64,000 nt of DNA from Eledone cirrhosa. Lineage: Eukaryota. Location of the stretch: contig OZ024743.1 in NCBI GenBank assembly GCA_964016885.1, forward strand, positions 271,498,001 to 271,562,000. Direction: 5' to 3'. A program made the translations under genes and the position numbers. The notes beneath the pieces were generated by a model. That model saw nothing but the letters and a program-made list of their open reading frames with translations, was not told the origin of the DNA and searched no databases. This document shows, piece by piece, positions 26,501 through 41,485 of the stretch (position 1 is its first letter; each line of letters starts with the position of its first letter).

Positions 26501-29500
26501 GCTGAGTGTGAAAGTGGTAATTATTAGTTTTGATATATAAAGGACTGTATTAACCCATGGCTGAGTGTGAGAGTGGTAAGTATTAGTTCTGATATATAAA
26601 GGACTGTATTAACCCATGGCAGAGTGTGAGAGTGGTAAGTATTAGTTCTGATATATAAAGGACTGTATTAACCCATGGCTAGGTGTGAGAGTGGTAAGTA
26701 TTAGTTCTGATATATAAAGGACTTTATTAACCAATGGCTGGGTGTGAGAGTGGGAAGTATTAGTTCTGATATATAAAGGACTGTATTAACTCATGGCTGA
26801 GTGTGAGAGTGGTAAGTATTAGTTCTGATATATAAAGGACTGTATTAACCCATGGCTGAGTGTGAGAGTGGTAAGTATTAGTTCTGATATATAAAGGACT
26901 GTATTAACCCACGAGTGTGAGAGTGGTAAGTATTAGTTCTGATATATAAAGGACTGTATTAACTCATGGCTGAGTGTGAGAGTGGTAAGTATTAGTTCTG
27001 ATATATAAAGGACTGTATTAACCCATGGCTGAGTGTGAGAGTGGTAAGTATTGGTTCTGATATATAAAGGACTGTATTAACCCATGGCTGAGTGTGAGAG
27101 TGGTAAGTATTAGTTCTGATATATAAAGGACTGTATTAACCCATGGCAGAGTGTGAGAGTGGTAAGTATTAGTTCTGATATATAAAGGACTGTATTAACC
27201 CATGGCTAGGTGTGAGAGTGGTAAGTATTAGTTCTGATATATAAAGGACTTTATTAACCAATGGCTGGGTGTGAGAGTGGGAAGTATTAGTTCTGATATA
27301 TAAAGGACTGTATTAACCCATGGCTGAGTGTGAGAGTGGTAAGTATTAGTTCTGATATATAAAGGACGGTATTAACCCATGGCTGAGTGTGAGAGTGGTA
27401 AGTATTAGTTCTGATATATAAAGGACTGTATTAACCAATGGCTGGGTGTGAGAGTGGTAAGTATTAGTTCTGATAAATAAAGGACTGTATTAACCCATGG
27501 CTGAGTGTAGGAGTGGTAAGTATTAGTCTTGATATATAAAGGACTGTATTAACCCATGGCTGAGTGTCAGAGTGGTAAGTATTAGTTCTGATATATAAAG
27601 GACTGTATTAACCCATGGATGAGTGTGAGAGTGGTAAGTATTATTCTTGATATATAAAGGACTGTTTTATCCCATGGCTGAGTGTGAGAGTGGTAAGTAT
27701 TAGTTCTGATATATAAAGGAGTGTATTAACCCATGGCTGAGTGTGAGAGTGGTAAGTATTAGTTCTGATATATAAAGGACTGTATTAAACCATGGTTGGG
27801 TGTGAGAGTGGTAAGTATTAGTTCTGATATATAAAGGACTGTATTAACCAATGACTTGGGTGTGAGAGTGGTAAGTATTGGTTCTGATATATAAAGGACT
27901 GTATTAACCCATGGATGAGTGTGAGAGTGGTATGTATTAGTTCTGATATATAAAGGACTCTATTAACCCATGGCAGAGTGTGAGAGTGGTAAGTATTAGT
28001 TCTGATATATAAAGGACTGTATTAACCCATGGCTGGGTGTGAGAGTGGTAAGTATTAGTTCTGATATATAAAGGACTGTATTAAACCATGGTTGGGTGTG
28101 AGAGTGGTAAGTATTAGTTCTGATATATAAAGGACTGTATTAACCCATGGCTGGGTGTGAGAGTGTTAACTATTAGTTCTGATATATAAAGGACTGTATT
28201 AACCCATGGCTGGGTGTGAGAGTGGTAAGTATTAGTTCTGATATATAAAGGACTGTACTAACCCATGGCTGGGTGTGAGAGTGGTAAGTATTAGTCTTGA
28301 TATATAAAGGACTGTATTAACCCATGGCTGAGTGTGAGAGTGGTAAGTATTAGTTCTGATATATAAAGGACTGTATTAACCCATGGCTGAGTGTGAGAGT
28401 GGTAAGTATTAGTTCTGATATATAAAGGACTGTATTAACCCATGGCTGAGTGTGAGAGTGGTAAGTATTAGTTCTGATATATAAAGGACTGTATTAACCC
28501 ATGGCTGAGTGTGAGAGTGGTAAGTATTAGTTCTGATATATAAAGGACTGTATTAACCCACGAGTGTGAGAGTGGTAAGTATTAGTTCTGATATATAAAG
28601 GACTGTATTAACCCATGGCAGAGTGTAAGAGTGGTAAGTATTAGTTCTGATATATAAAGGACTGTATTAACCCATGGCTAGGTGTGAGAGTGGTAAGTAT
28701 TAGTTCTGATATATAAAGGACTGTATTAACCCATGGCTGGGTGTGAGAGTGGTAAGTATTAGTCTTGATATATAAAGGACTGTATTAACCCATGGCTGAG
28801 TGTGAGAGTGGTAAGTATTAGTCTTGATATATAAAGGACTGTATTAACCAATGACTTGGGTGTGAGAGTGGTAAGTATTAGTTCTGATATATAAAGGACT
28901 GTATTAACCCATGGCTGGGTGTGAGAGTGGTAAGTATTAGTCTTGATATATAAAGGACTGTATTAACCCATGGCAGAGTGTGAGAGTGGTAAGTATTAGT
29001 CTTGATATATAAAGGACTGTATTAACCAATGGCTGGGTGTGAGAGTGGTAAGTATTAGTCTTGATATATAAAGGACTGTATTAACCCATGGCTAGGTGTG
29101 AGAGTGGTAAGCATTAATTCTGATATATAAAGGACTGTATTAACCCATGGCTGAGTGTGAGAGTGGTAAGTATTAGTTCTGATATATAAAGGACTGTATT
29201 AACCAATGGCTGGGTGTGAGAGTGGTAAGTATTAGTTCTGATATATAAAGGACTGTATTAACCCATGGATGGGTGAGAGAGTGGTAAGTATTAGTCTTGA
29301 TATATAAAGGACTGTATTAACCCATGGCTGGGTGTGAGAGCGGTAAGTATTAGTCTTGATATATAAAGGACTGTATTAACCCATGGCTGACTGTGAGAGT
29401 GGTAAGCATTAGTCTTGATATATAAAGGACTGTATTAACCCATGGCTGAGTGTGAAAGTGGTAATTATTAGTCTTGCTATATAAAAGACTGTATTAACCC

Positions 29501-30050
29501 ATGGCTGAGTGTGAGAGTGGTATGTATTAGTTCTGATATATAAAGGACTCTATTAACCCATGGCAGAGTGTGAGAGTGGTAAGTATTAGTTCTGATATAT
29601 AAAGGACTGTATTAACCCATGGCTGGGTGTGAGAGTGGTAAGTATTAGTTCTGATATATAAAGGACTGTATTAACCCATGGTTGGGTGTGAGAGTGGTAA
29701 GTATTAGTTCTGATATATAAAGGACTGTATTAACCCATGGCTGGGTGTGAGAGTGTTAACTATTAGTTCTGATATATAAAGGACTGTATTAACCCATGGC
29801 TGGGTGTGAGAGTGGTAAGTATTAGTTCTGATATATAAAGGACTGTATTAACCCATGGCTGGGTGTGAGAGTGGTAAGTATTAGTCTTGATATATAAAGG
29901 ACTGTATTAACCCATGGCTGAGTGTGAGAGTGGTAAGTATTAGTCTTGATATATAAAGGACTGTATTAACCCATGGCTGAGTGTGAGAGTGGTAAGTATT
30001 AGTTCTGATATATAAAGGACTGTATTAACCCATGGCTGGGTGTGAGAGTG

Positions 30051-33000
30051 GTAAGTATTAGTCTTGATATATAAAGGACTGTATTAACCCATGGTTGAGT
30101 GTGAGAGTGGTATGTATTAGTTCTGATATATGAAGGACTGTATTAACCCACGGCTGAGTGTGAGAGTGGTAAGTATTAGTTCTGATATATAAAGGACTGT
30201 ATTAACCCATGGCTGAGTGTGAGAGTGGTAAGTATTAGTTCTGATATATAAAGGACTGTATTAACCCATGGCTGAGTGTGAGAGTGGTAAGTATTAGTTC
30301 TGATATATAAAGGACTGTATTAACCCATGGCTGAGTGTGAGAGTGGTAAGTATTAGTTCTGATATATAAAGGACTTTATTAACCCACGAGTGTGAGAGTG
30401 GTAAGTATTAGTTCTGATATATAAAGGACTGTATTAACTCATGGCTGAGTGTGTGAGTGGTAAGTTTTAGTTCTGATATATAAAGGACTGTATTAACCCA
30501 TGGCTGAGTGTGAGAGTGGTAAGTATTGGTTCTGATATATAAAGGACTGTATTAACCCATGGCTGAGTGTGAGAGTGGTAAGTATTAGTTCTGATATATA
30601 AAGGACTGTATTAACCCATGGCTGGGTGTGAGAGTGGTAAGTATTAGTCTTGATATATAAAGGACTGTATTAACCCATGGCTGAGTGTGAGAGTGGTAAG
30701 TATTAGTCTTGATATATGAAGGAGTGTATTAACCAATGGCTGAGTGTGAGAGTGGTAAGTATTAGTCTTGATGTATAAAGGACTGTATTAACACATGGCT
30801 GAGTGTGAGAGTGGTAAGTATTAGTCTTGATATATAAAGGACTGTATTAACCCATGGCTGAGTGTGAGAGTGGTAAGTATTAGTTCTGATATATAAAGGA
30901 CTGTATTAACCCATGGCTGGGTGTGAGAGTGGTAAGTATTAGTCTTGATATATAAAGCACTGTATTAACCCATGGCTGGGTGTGAGAGCGGTAAGTATTA
31001 GTCTTGATATATAAAGGACTGTATTAACCCATGGCTGAGTGTGAGAGTGGTAAGTATTAGTCTTGATATATAAAGGACTGTATTAACCCATGGCAGAGTG
31101 TGAGAGTGGTAAGTATTAGTTCTGATATATAAAGGACTGTATTAACCCATGGCTAGGTGTGAGAGTGGTAAGTATTAGTTCTGATATATAAAGGACTTTA
31201 TTAACCAATGGCTGGGTGTGAGAGTGGGAAGTATTAGTTCTGATATATAAAGGACTGTATTAACCCATGGCTGAGTGTGAGAGTGGTAAGTATTAGTTCT
31301 GATATATAAAGGACTGTATTAACCCATGGCTGAGTGTGAGAGTGGTAAGTATTAGTTCTGATATATAAAGGACTGTATTAACCCACGAGTGTGAGAGTGG
31401 TAAGTATTAGTTCTGATATATAAAGGACTGTATTAACTCATGGCTGAGTGTGAGAGTGGTAAGTATTAGTTCTGATATATAAAGGACTGTATTAACCCAT
31501 GGCTGAGTGTGAGAGTGGTAAGTATTGGTTCTGATATATAAAGGACTGTATTAACCCATGGCTGAGTGTGAGAGTGGTAAGTATTAGTTCTGATATATAA
31601 AGGACTGTATTAACCCATGGCAGAGTGTGAGAGTGGTAAGTATTAGTTCTGATATATAAAGGACTGTATTAACCCATGGCTAGGTGTGAGAGTGGTAAGT
31701 ATTAGTTCTGATATATAAAGGACTTTATTAACCAATGGCTGGGTGTGAGAGTGGGAAGTATTAGTTCTGATATATAAAGGACTGTATTAACCCATGGCTG
31801 AGTGTGAGAGTGGTAAGTATTAGTTCTGATATATAAAGGACGGTATTAACCCATGGCTGAGTGTGAGAGTGGTAAGTATTAGTTCTGATATATAAAGGAC
31901 TGTATTAACCAATGGCTGGGTGTGAGAGTGGTAAGTATTAGTTCTGATAAATAAAGGACTGTATTAACCCATGGCTGAGTGTAGGAGTGGTAAGTATTAG
32001 TCTTGATATATAAAGGACTGTATTATCCCATGGCTGAGTGTGAGAGTGGTAAGTATTAGTTCTGATATATAAAGGACTGTATTAACCCATGGATGAGTGT
32101 GAGAGTGGTAAGTATTATTCTTGATATATAAAGGACTGTTTTATCCCATGGCTGAGTGTGAGAGTGGTAAGTATTAGTTCTGATATATAAAGGAGTGTAT
32201 TAACCCATGGCTGAGTGTGAGAGTGGTAAGTATTAGTTCTGATATATAAAGGACTGTATTAACCCATGGCTGGGTGTGAGAGTGGTAAGTATTAGTCTTG
32301 ATATATAAAGGACTGTATTGACCAATGGCTGAGTGTGAGAGTGGTAAGTATCAGTCTTGATATATAAAGGACCGTATTAACCCATGGCTGAGTGTGAGAG
32401 TGGTAAGTATTAGTCTTGATATATAAAGGACTGTATTAACCCATGGCTGAGTGTGCGAGTGGTAAGTATTAGTTCTGATATATAAAGGACTGTATTAACC
32501 AATGGCTGGGTGTGAGAGTGGTAAGTATTAGTTCTGATATATAAAGGTCTGTATTAACCCATGGCTGGGTGTGAGAGTGGTAAGTATTAGTCTTGATATA
32601 TAAAGGACTGTATTAACCCATGGCTGAGTGTGAGAGTGGTAAGTATTAGTCTTGATATATAAAGGACTGTATTAACCCATGGCTGAGTGTGAGAGTGGTA
32701 AGTATTAGTTCTGATATATAAAGGACTGTATTAACCCATGGCTGGGTGTGAGAGTGGTAAGTATTAGTCTTGATATATAAAGGACTGTATTAACCCATGG
32801 TTGAGTGTGAGAGTGGTATGTATTAGTTCTGATATATGAAGGACTGTATTAACCCACGGCTGAGTGTGAGAGTGGTAAGTATTAGTTCTGATATATAAAG
32901 GACTGTATTAACCCATGGCTGAGTGTGAGAGTGGTAAGTATTAGTTCTGATATATAAAGGACTGTATTAACCCATGGCTGAGTGTGAGAGTGGTAAGTAT

Positions 33001-36000
33001 TAGTTCTGATATATAAAGGACTGTATTAACCCATGGCTGAGTGTGAGAGTGGTAAGTATTAGTTCTGATATATAAAGGACTGTATTAACCCACGAGTGTG
33101 AGAGTGGTAAGTATTAGTTCTGATATATAAAGGACTGTATTAACTCATGGCTGAGTGTGAGAGTGGTAAGTATTAGTTCTGATATATAAAGGACTGTATT
33201 AACCCATGGCTGAGTGTGAGAGTGGTAAGTATTGGTTCTGATATATAAAGGACTGTATTAACCCATGGCTGAGTGTGAGAGTGGTAAGTATTAGTTCTGA
33301 TATATAAAGGACTGTATTAACCCATGGCTGGGTGTGAGAGTGGTAAGTATTAGTCTTGATATATAAAGGACTGTATTAACCCATGGCTGAGTGTGAGAGT
33401 GATAAGTATTAGTCTTGATATATAAAGGAGTGTATTAACCAATGGCTGAGTGTGAGAGTGGTAAGTATTAGTCTTGATGTATAAAGGACTGTATTAACAC
33501 ATGGCTGAGTGTGAGAGTGGTAAGTATTAGTCTTGATATATAAAGGACTGTATTAACCCATGGCTGAGTGTGAGAGTGGTAAGTATTAGTTCTGATATAT
33601 AAAGGACTGTATTAACCCATGGCTGGGTGTGAGAGTGGTAAGTATTAGTCTTGATATATAAAGCACTGTATTAACCCATGGCTGGGTGTGAGAGCGGTAA
33701 GTATTAGTCTTGATATATAAAGGACTGTATTAACCCATGGCTGAGTGTGAGAGTGGTAAGTATTAGTCTTGATATATAAAGGACTGTATTAACCCATGGC
33801 TGAGTGTGAAAGTGGTAATTATTAGTTTTGATATATAAAGGACTGTATTAACCCATGGCTGAGTGTGAGAGTGGTAAGTATTAGTTCTGATATATAAATG
33901 ACTGTATTAACCCATGGCAGAGTGTGAGAGTGGTAAGTATTAGTTCTGATATATAAAGGACTGTATTAACCCATGGCTAGGTGTGAGAGTGGTAAGTATT
34001 AGTTCTGATATATAAAGGACTTTATTAACCAATGGCTGGGTGTGAGAGTGGGAAGTATTAGTTCTGATATATAAAGGACTGTATTAACCCATGGCTGAGT
34101 GTGAGAGTGGTAAGTATTAGTTCTGATATATAAAGGACTGTATTAACCCATGGATGAGTGTGAGAGTGGTAAGTATTATTCTTGATATATAAAGGACTGT
34201 TTTATCCCATGGCTGAGTGTGAGAGTGGTAAGTATTAGTTCTGATATATAAAGGAGTGTATTAACCCATGGCTGAGTGTGAGAGTGGTAAGTATTAGTTC
34301 TGATATATAAAGGACTGTATTAACCCATGGCTGGGTGTGAGAGTGGTAAGTATTAGTCTTGATATATAAAGGACTGTATTGACCAATGGCTGAGTGTGAG
34401 AGTGGTAAGTATCAGTCTTAATATATAAAGGACCGTATTAACCCATGGCTGAGTGTGAGAGTGGTAAGTATTAGTCTTGATATATAAAGGACTGTATTAA
34501 CCCATGGCTGAGTGTGCGAGTGGTAAGTATTAGTTCTGATATATAAAGGACTGTATTAACCAATGGCTGGGTGTGAGAGTGGTAAGTATTAGTTCTGATA
34601 TATAAAGGACTGTATTAACCCATGGCTGGGTGTGAGAGTGGTAAGTATTAGTCTTGATATATAAAGGACTGTATTAACCCATGGCTGAGTGTGAGAGTGG
34701 TAAGTATTAGTCTTGATATATAAAGGACTGTATTAACCCATGGCTGAGTGTGAGAGTGGTAAGTATTAGTTCTGATATATAAAGGACTGTATTAACCCAT
34801 GGCTGGGTGTGAGAGTGGTAAGTATTAGTCTTGATATATAAAGGACTGTATTAACCCATGGTTGAGTGTGAGAGTGGTATGTATTAGTTCTGATATATGA
34901 AGGACTGTATTAACCCACGGCTGAGTGTGAGAGTGGTAAGTATTAGTTCTGATATATAAAGGACTGTATTGACCCATGGCTGAGTGTGAGAGTGGTAAGT
35001 ATTAGTTCTGATATATAAAGGACTGTATTAACCCATGGCTGAGTGTGAGAGTGGTAAGTATTAGTTCTGATATATAAAGGACTGTATTAACCCATGGCTG
35101 AGTGTGAGTGTGGTAAGTATTAGTTCTGATATATAAAGGACTGTATTAACCCACGAGTGTGAGAGTGGTAAGTATTAGTTCTGATATATAAAGGACTGTA
35201 TTAACTCATGGCTGAGTGTGAGAGTGGTAAGTATTAGTTCTGATATATAAAGGACTGTATTAACTCATGGCTGAGTGTGAGAGTGGTAAGTATTGGTTCT
35301 GATATATAAAGGACTGTATTAACCCATGGCTGAGTGTGAGAGTGGTAAGTATTAGTTCTGATATATAAAGGACTGTATTAACCCATGGCTGGGTGTGAGA
35401 GTGGTAAGTATTAGTCTTGATATATAAAGGACTGTATTAACCCATGGCTGAGTGTGAGAGTGGTAAGTATTAGTCTTGATATATAAAGGAGTGTATTAAC
35501 CAATGGCTGAGTGTGAGAGTGGTAAGTATTAGTCTTGATGTATAAAGGACTGTATTAACACATGGCTGAGTGTGAGAGTGGTAAGTATTAGTCTTGATAT
35601 ATAAAGGACTGTATTAACCCATGGCTGAGTGTGAGAGTGGTAAGTATTAGTTCTGATATATAAAGGACTGTATTAACCCATGGCTGGGTGTGAGAGTGGT
35701 AAGTATTAGTCTTGATATATAAAGCACTGTATTAACCCATGGCTGGGTGTGAGAGCGGTAAGTATTAGTCTTGATATATAAAGGACTGTATTAACCCATG
35801 GCTGAGTGTGAGAGTGGTAAGTATTAGTCTTGATATATAAAGGACTGTATTAACCCATGGCTGAGTGTGAAAGTGGTAATTATTAGTTTTGATATATAAA
35901 GGACTGTATTAACCCATGGCTGAGTGTGAGAGTGGTAAGTATTAGTTCTGATATATAAAGGACTGTATTAACCCATGGCAGAGTGTGAGAGTGGTAAGTA

Positions 36001-39000
36001 TTAGTTCTGATATATAAAGGACTGTATTAACCCATGGCTAGGTGTGAGAGTGGTAAGTATTAGTTCTGATATATAAAGGACTTTATTAACCAATGGCTGG
36101 GTGTGAGAGTGGGAAGTATTAGTTCTGATATATAAAGGACTGTATTAACCCATGGCTGAGTGTGAGAGTGGTAAGTATTAGTTCTGATATATAAAGGACT
36201 GTATTAACCCATGGCTGAGTGTGAGAGTGGTAAGTATTAGTTCTGATATATAAAGGACTGTATTAACCCACGAGTGTGAGAGTGGTAAGTATTAGTTCTG
36301 ATATATAAAGGACTGTATTAACTCATGGCTGAGTGTGAGAGTGGTAAGTATTAGTTCTGATATATAAAGGACTGTATTAACCCATGGCTGAGTGTGAGAG
36401 TGGTAAGTATTGGTTCTGATATATAAAGGACTGTATTAACCCATGGCTGAGTGTGAGAGTGGTAAGTATTAGTTCTGATATATAAAGGACTGTATTAACC
36501 CATGGCTGGGTGTGAGAGTGGTAAGTATTAGTCTTGATATATAAAGGACTGTATTAACCCATGGCTGAGTGTGAGAGTGGTAAGTATTAGTCTTGATATA
36601 TAAAGGAGTGTATTAACCAATGGCTGAGTGTGAGAGTGGTAAGTATTAGTCTTGATGTATAAAGGACTGTATTAACACATGGCTGAGTGTGAGAGTGGTA
36701 AGTATTAGTCTTGATATATAAAGGACTGTATTAACCCATGGCTGAGTGTGAGAGTGGTAAGTATTAGTTCTGATATATAAAGGACTGTATTAACCCATGG
36801 CTGGGTGTGAGAGTGGTAAGTATTAGTCTTGATATATAAAGCACTGTATTAACCCATGGCTGGGTGTGAGAGCGGTAAGTATTAGTCTTGATATATAAAG
36901 GACTGTATTAACCCATGGCTGACTGTGAGAGTGGTAAGTATTAGTCTTGATATATAAAGGACTGTATTAACCCATGGCTGAGTGTGAAAGTGGTAATTAT
37001 TAGTTTTGATATATAAAGGACTGTATTAACCCATGGCTGAGTGTGAGAGTGGTAAGTATTAGTTCTGATATATAAAGGACTGTATTAACCCATGGCAGAG
37101 TGTGAGAGTGGTAAGTATTAGTTCTGATATATAAAGGACTGTATTAACCCATGGCTAGGTGTGAGAGTGGTAAGTATTAGTTCTGATATATAAAGGACTT
37201 TATTAACCAATGGCTGGGTGTGAGAGTGGGAAGTATTAGTTCTGATATATAAAGGACTGTATTAACCCATGGCTGAGTGTGAGAGTGGTAAGTATTAGTT
37301 CTGATATATAAAGGACGGTATTAACCCATGGCTGAGTGTGAGAGTGGTAAGTATTAGTTCTGATATATAAAGGACTGTATTAACCAATGGCTGGGTGTGA
37401 GAGTGGTAAGTATTAGTTCTGATAAATAAAGGACTGTATTAACCCATGGCTGAGTGTAGGAGTGGTAAGTATTAGTCTTGATATATAAAGGACTGTATTA
37501 ACCCATGGCTGAGTGTGAGAGTGGTAAGTATTAGTTCTGATATATAAAGGACTGTATTAACCCATGGATGAGTGTGAGATTGGTAAGTATTATTCTTGAT
37601 ATATAAAGGACTGTTTTATCCCATGGCTGAGTGTGAGAGTGGTAAGTATTAGTTCTGATATATAAAGGAGTGTATTAACCCATGGCTGAGTGTGAGAGTG
37701 GTAAGTATTAGTTCTGATATATAAAGGACTGTATTAACCCATGGCTGGGTGTGAGAGTGGTAAGTATTAGTCTTGATATATAAAGGACTGTATTGACCAA
37801 TGGCTGAGTGTGAGAGTGGTAAGTATCAGTCTTGATATATAAAGGACCGTATTAACCCATGGCTGAGTGTGAGAGTGGTAAGTATTAGTCTTGATATATA
37901 AAGGACTGTATTAACCCATGGCTGAGTGTGCGAGTGGTAAGTATTAGTTCTGATATATAAAGGACTGTATTAACCAATGGCTGGGTGTGAGAGTGGTAAG
38001 TATTAGTTCTGATATATAAAGGACTGTATTAACCCATGGATGGGTGTGAGAGTGGTAAGTATTAGTCTTGATATATAAAGGACTGTATTAACCCATGGCT
38101 GGGTGTGAGAGCGGTAAGTATTAGTCTTGATATATAAAGGACTGTATTAACCCATGGCTGAGTGTGAGAGTGGTAAGTATTAGTCTTGATATATAAAGGA
38201 CTGTATTAACCCATGGCTGAGTGTGAAAGGGGTAATTATTAGTCTTGCTATATAAAGGACTGTATTAACCCATGGCTGAGTGTGAGAGTGGTATGTATTA
38301 GTTCTGATATATAAAGGACTCTATTAACCCATGGCTGAGTGTGAGAGTGGTAAGTATTAGTTCTGATATATAAAGGACTGTATTAACCCATGGCTGGGTG
38401 TGAGAGTGGTAAGTATTAGTTCTGATATATAAAGGACTGTATTAACCCATGGTTGGGTGTGAGAGTGGTAAGTATTAGTTCTGATATATAAAGGACTGTA
38501 TTAACCCATGGCTGGGTGTGAGAGTGTTAACTATTAGTTCTGATATATAAAGGACTGTATTAACCCATGGCTGGGTGTGAGAGTGGTAAGTATTAGTTCT
38601 GATATATAAAGGACCGTATTAACCCATGGCTGGGTGTGAGAGTGGTAAGTATTAGTCTTGATATATAAAGGATTGTATTAACCCATGGCTGAGTGTGAGA
38701 GTGGTAAGTATTAGTTCTGATATATAAAGGACTGTATTAACCCATGGCTGAGTGTGAGAGTGGTAAGTATTATTCTTGATATATAAAGGACTATATTGAC
38801 CAATGGCTGAGTGTGAGAGTGGTAAGTATTAGTTCTGATATATAAAGGACTGTATTAACCCATGGCTGACTGTGAGAGTGGTAAGTATTATTTCTTTTAT
38901 ATAAAGGACTGTATTAACCCATGGTTGGGTGTGAGAGTGGTAAGTATTAGTCTTGATATATAAAGGACTGTATTAACCCATGGCTGAGTGTGAGAGTGGT

Positions 39001-41485
39001 AAGTATTTGTCTTGATATATAAAGGACTGTATTGACCAATGGCTGAGTGTGAGAGTGGTAAGTATTAGTCTTGATATATAAAGGACCGTATTAACCCATG
39101 GCTGAGTGTGAGAGTGGTAAGTATTAGTCTTGATATATAAAGGACTGTATTAACCCATGGCTGAGTGTGAGAGTGGTAAGTATTAGTTCTGATATATAAA
39201 GGACTGTATTAACCAATGGCTGGGTGTGAGAGTGGTAAGTATTAGTTCTGATATATAAAGGACTGTATTAACCCATGGATGGGTGTGAGAGTGGTAAGTA
39301 TTAGTCTTGATATATAAAGGACTGTATTAACCTATGGCTGGGTGTGAGAGCGGTAAGTATTAGTCTTGATATATAAAGGACTGTATTAACCCATGGCTGA
39401 GTGTGAGAGTGGTAAGCATTAGTCTTGATATATAAAGGACTGTATTAACCCATGGCTGAGTGTGAAAGTGGTAATTATAAGTCTTGCTATATAAAAGACT
39501 GTATTAACCCATGGCTGAGTGTGAGAGTGGTATGTATTAGTTCTGATATATAAAGGACTCTATTAACCCATGGCAGAGTGTGAGAGTGGTAAGTTTTAGT
39601 TCTGATATATAAAGGACTGTATTAACCCATGGCTGGGTGTGAGAGTGGTAAGTATTAGTTCTGATATATAAAGGACTGTATTAACCCATGGTTGGGTGTG
39701 AGAGTGGTAAGTATTAGTTCTGATATATAAAGGACTGTATTAACCCATGGCTGGGTGTGAGAGTGTTAACTATTAGTTCTGATATATAAAGGACTGTATT
39801 AACCCATGGCTGGGTGTGAGAGTGGTAAGTATTAGTTCTGATATATAAAGGACTGTATTAACCCATGGCTGGGTGTGAGAGTGGTAAGTATTAGCCTTGA
39901 TATATAAAGGACTGTATTAACCCATGGCTGAGTGTGAGAGTGGTAAGTATTAGTCTTGATATATAAAGGACTGTATTAACCCATGGCTGAGTGTGAGAGT
40001 GGTAAGTATTTGTTCTGATATATAAAGTACTGTATTAACCCATGGCTGAGTGTGAGAGTGGTAAGTATTAGTCTTGATATATAAAGGACTGTATTAACCA
40101 ATGGCTTGGGTGTGAGAGTGGTAAGTATTAGTTCTGATATATAAAGGACTGTATTAACCCATGGCTGAGTGTGAGTGTGATAAGTATTAGTCTTGATATA
40201 TAAAGGACTGTATTAACCCATGGTTGAGTGTGAGAGTGGTAAGTATTAGTTCTGATATATAAAGGACTGTATTAACCCACGGCTGAGTGTGAGAGTGGTA
40301 AGTATTAGTTCTGATATGTAAAGGACTGTATTAACCCATGGCTGAGTGTGAGAGTGGTAAGTATTAGTTCTGATATATAAAGGACTGTATTCACCCATGG
40401 CTGAGTGTGAGAGTGGTAAGTATTAGTTCTGATATATAAAGGACTGTATTAACCCACGAGTGTGAGAGTGGTAAGTATTAGTTCTGATATATAAAGGACT
40501 GTATTAACTCATGGCTGAGTGTGAGAGTGGTAAGTATTAGTTCTGATATATAAAGGACTGTATTAACCCATGGCTGAGTGTGAGAGTGGTAAGTATTGGT
40601 TCTGATATATAAAGGACTGTATTAACCCATGGCTGAGTGTGAGAGTGGTAAGTATTAGTTCTGATATATAAAGGACTGTATTAACCCAGGGCTGGGTGTG
40701 AGAGTGGTAAGTATTAGTCTTGATATATAAAGGACTGTATTAACCCATGGCTGAGTGTGAGAGTGGTAAGTATTAATCTTGATATATAAAGGAGTGTATT
40801 AACCAATGGCTGAGTGTGAGAGTGGTAAGTATTAGTCTTGATATATAAAGGACTGTATTAACACATGGCTGAGTGTGAGAGTGGTAAGTATTAGTCTTGA
40901 TATATAAAGGACTGTATTAACCCATGGCTGAGTGTGAGAGTGGTAAGTATTAGTTCTGATATATAAAGGACTGTATTAACCCATGTCTGTATGTGAGAGT
41001 GGTAAGTATTAGTCTTGATATATAAAGCACTGTATTAACCCATGGCTGGGTGTGAGAGCGGTAAGTATTAGTCTTGATATATAAAGGACTGTATTAACCC
41101 ATGGCTGAGTGTGAGAGTGGTAAGTATTAGTCTTGATATATAAAGGACTGTATTAACCCATGGCTGAGTGTGAAAGTGGTAACTATTAGTCTTGATATAT
41201 AAAGGACTGTATTAACCCATGGCTGAGTGTGAGAGTGGTAAGTATTAGTTCTGATATATAAAGGACTGTATTAACCCATGGCTAGGTGTGAGAGTGGTAA
41301 GTATCAGTTCTGATATATAAAGGACTTTATTAACCAATGGCTGGGTGTGAGAGTGGGAAGTATTAGTTCTGATATATAAAGGACTGTATTAACCCATGGC
41401 TGAGTGTGAGAGTGGTAAGTATTAGTTCTGATATATAAAGGACTGTATTAACCCATGGCAGAGTGTGAGAGTGGTAAGTATTAGT
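30051..41485 (+). repeat. Large duplicated block A, copy 2
   Basis: Matches 1-11435 at a constant offset of 30,050. I saw no differences at any marker checked. Confidence 0.93.
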
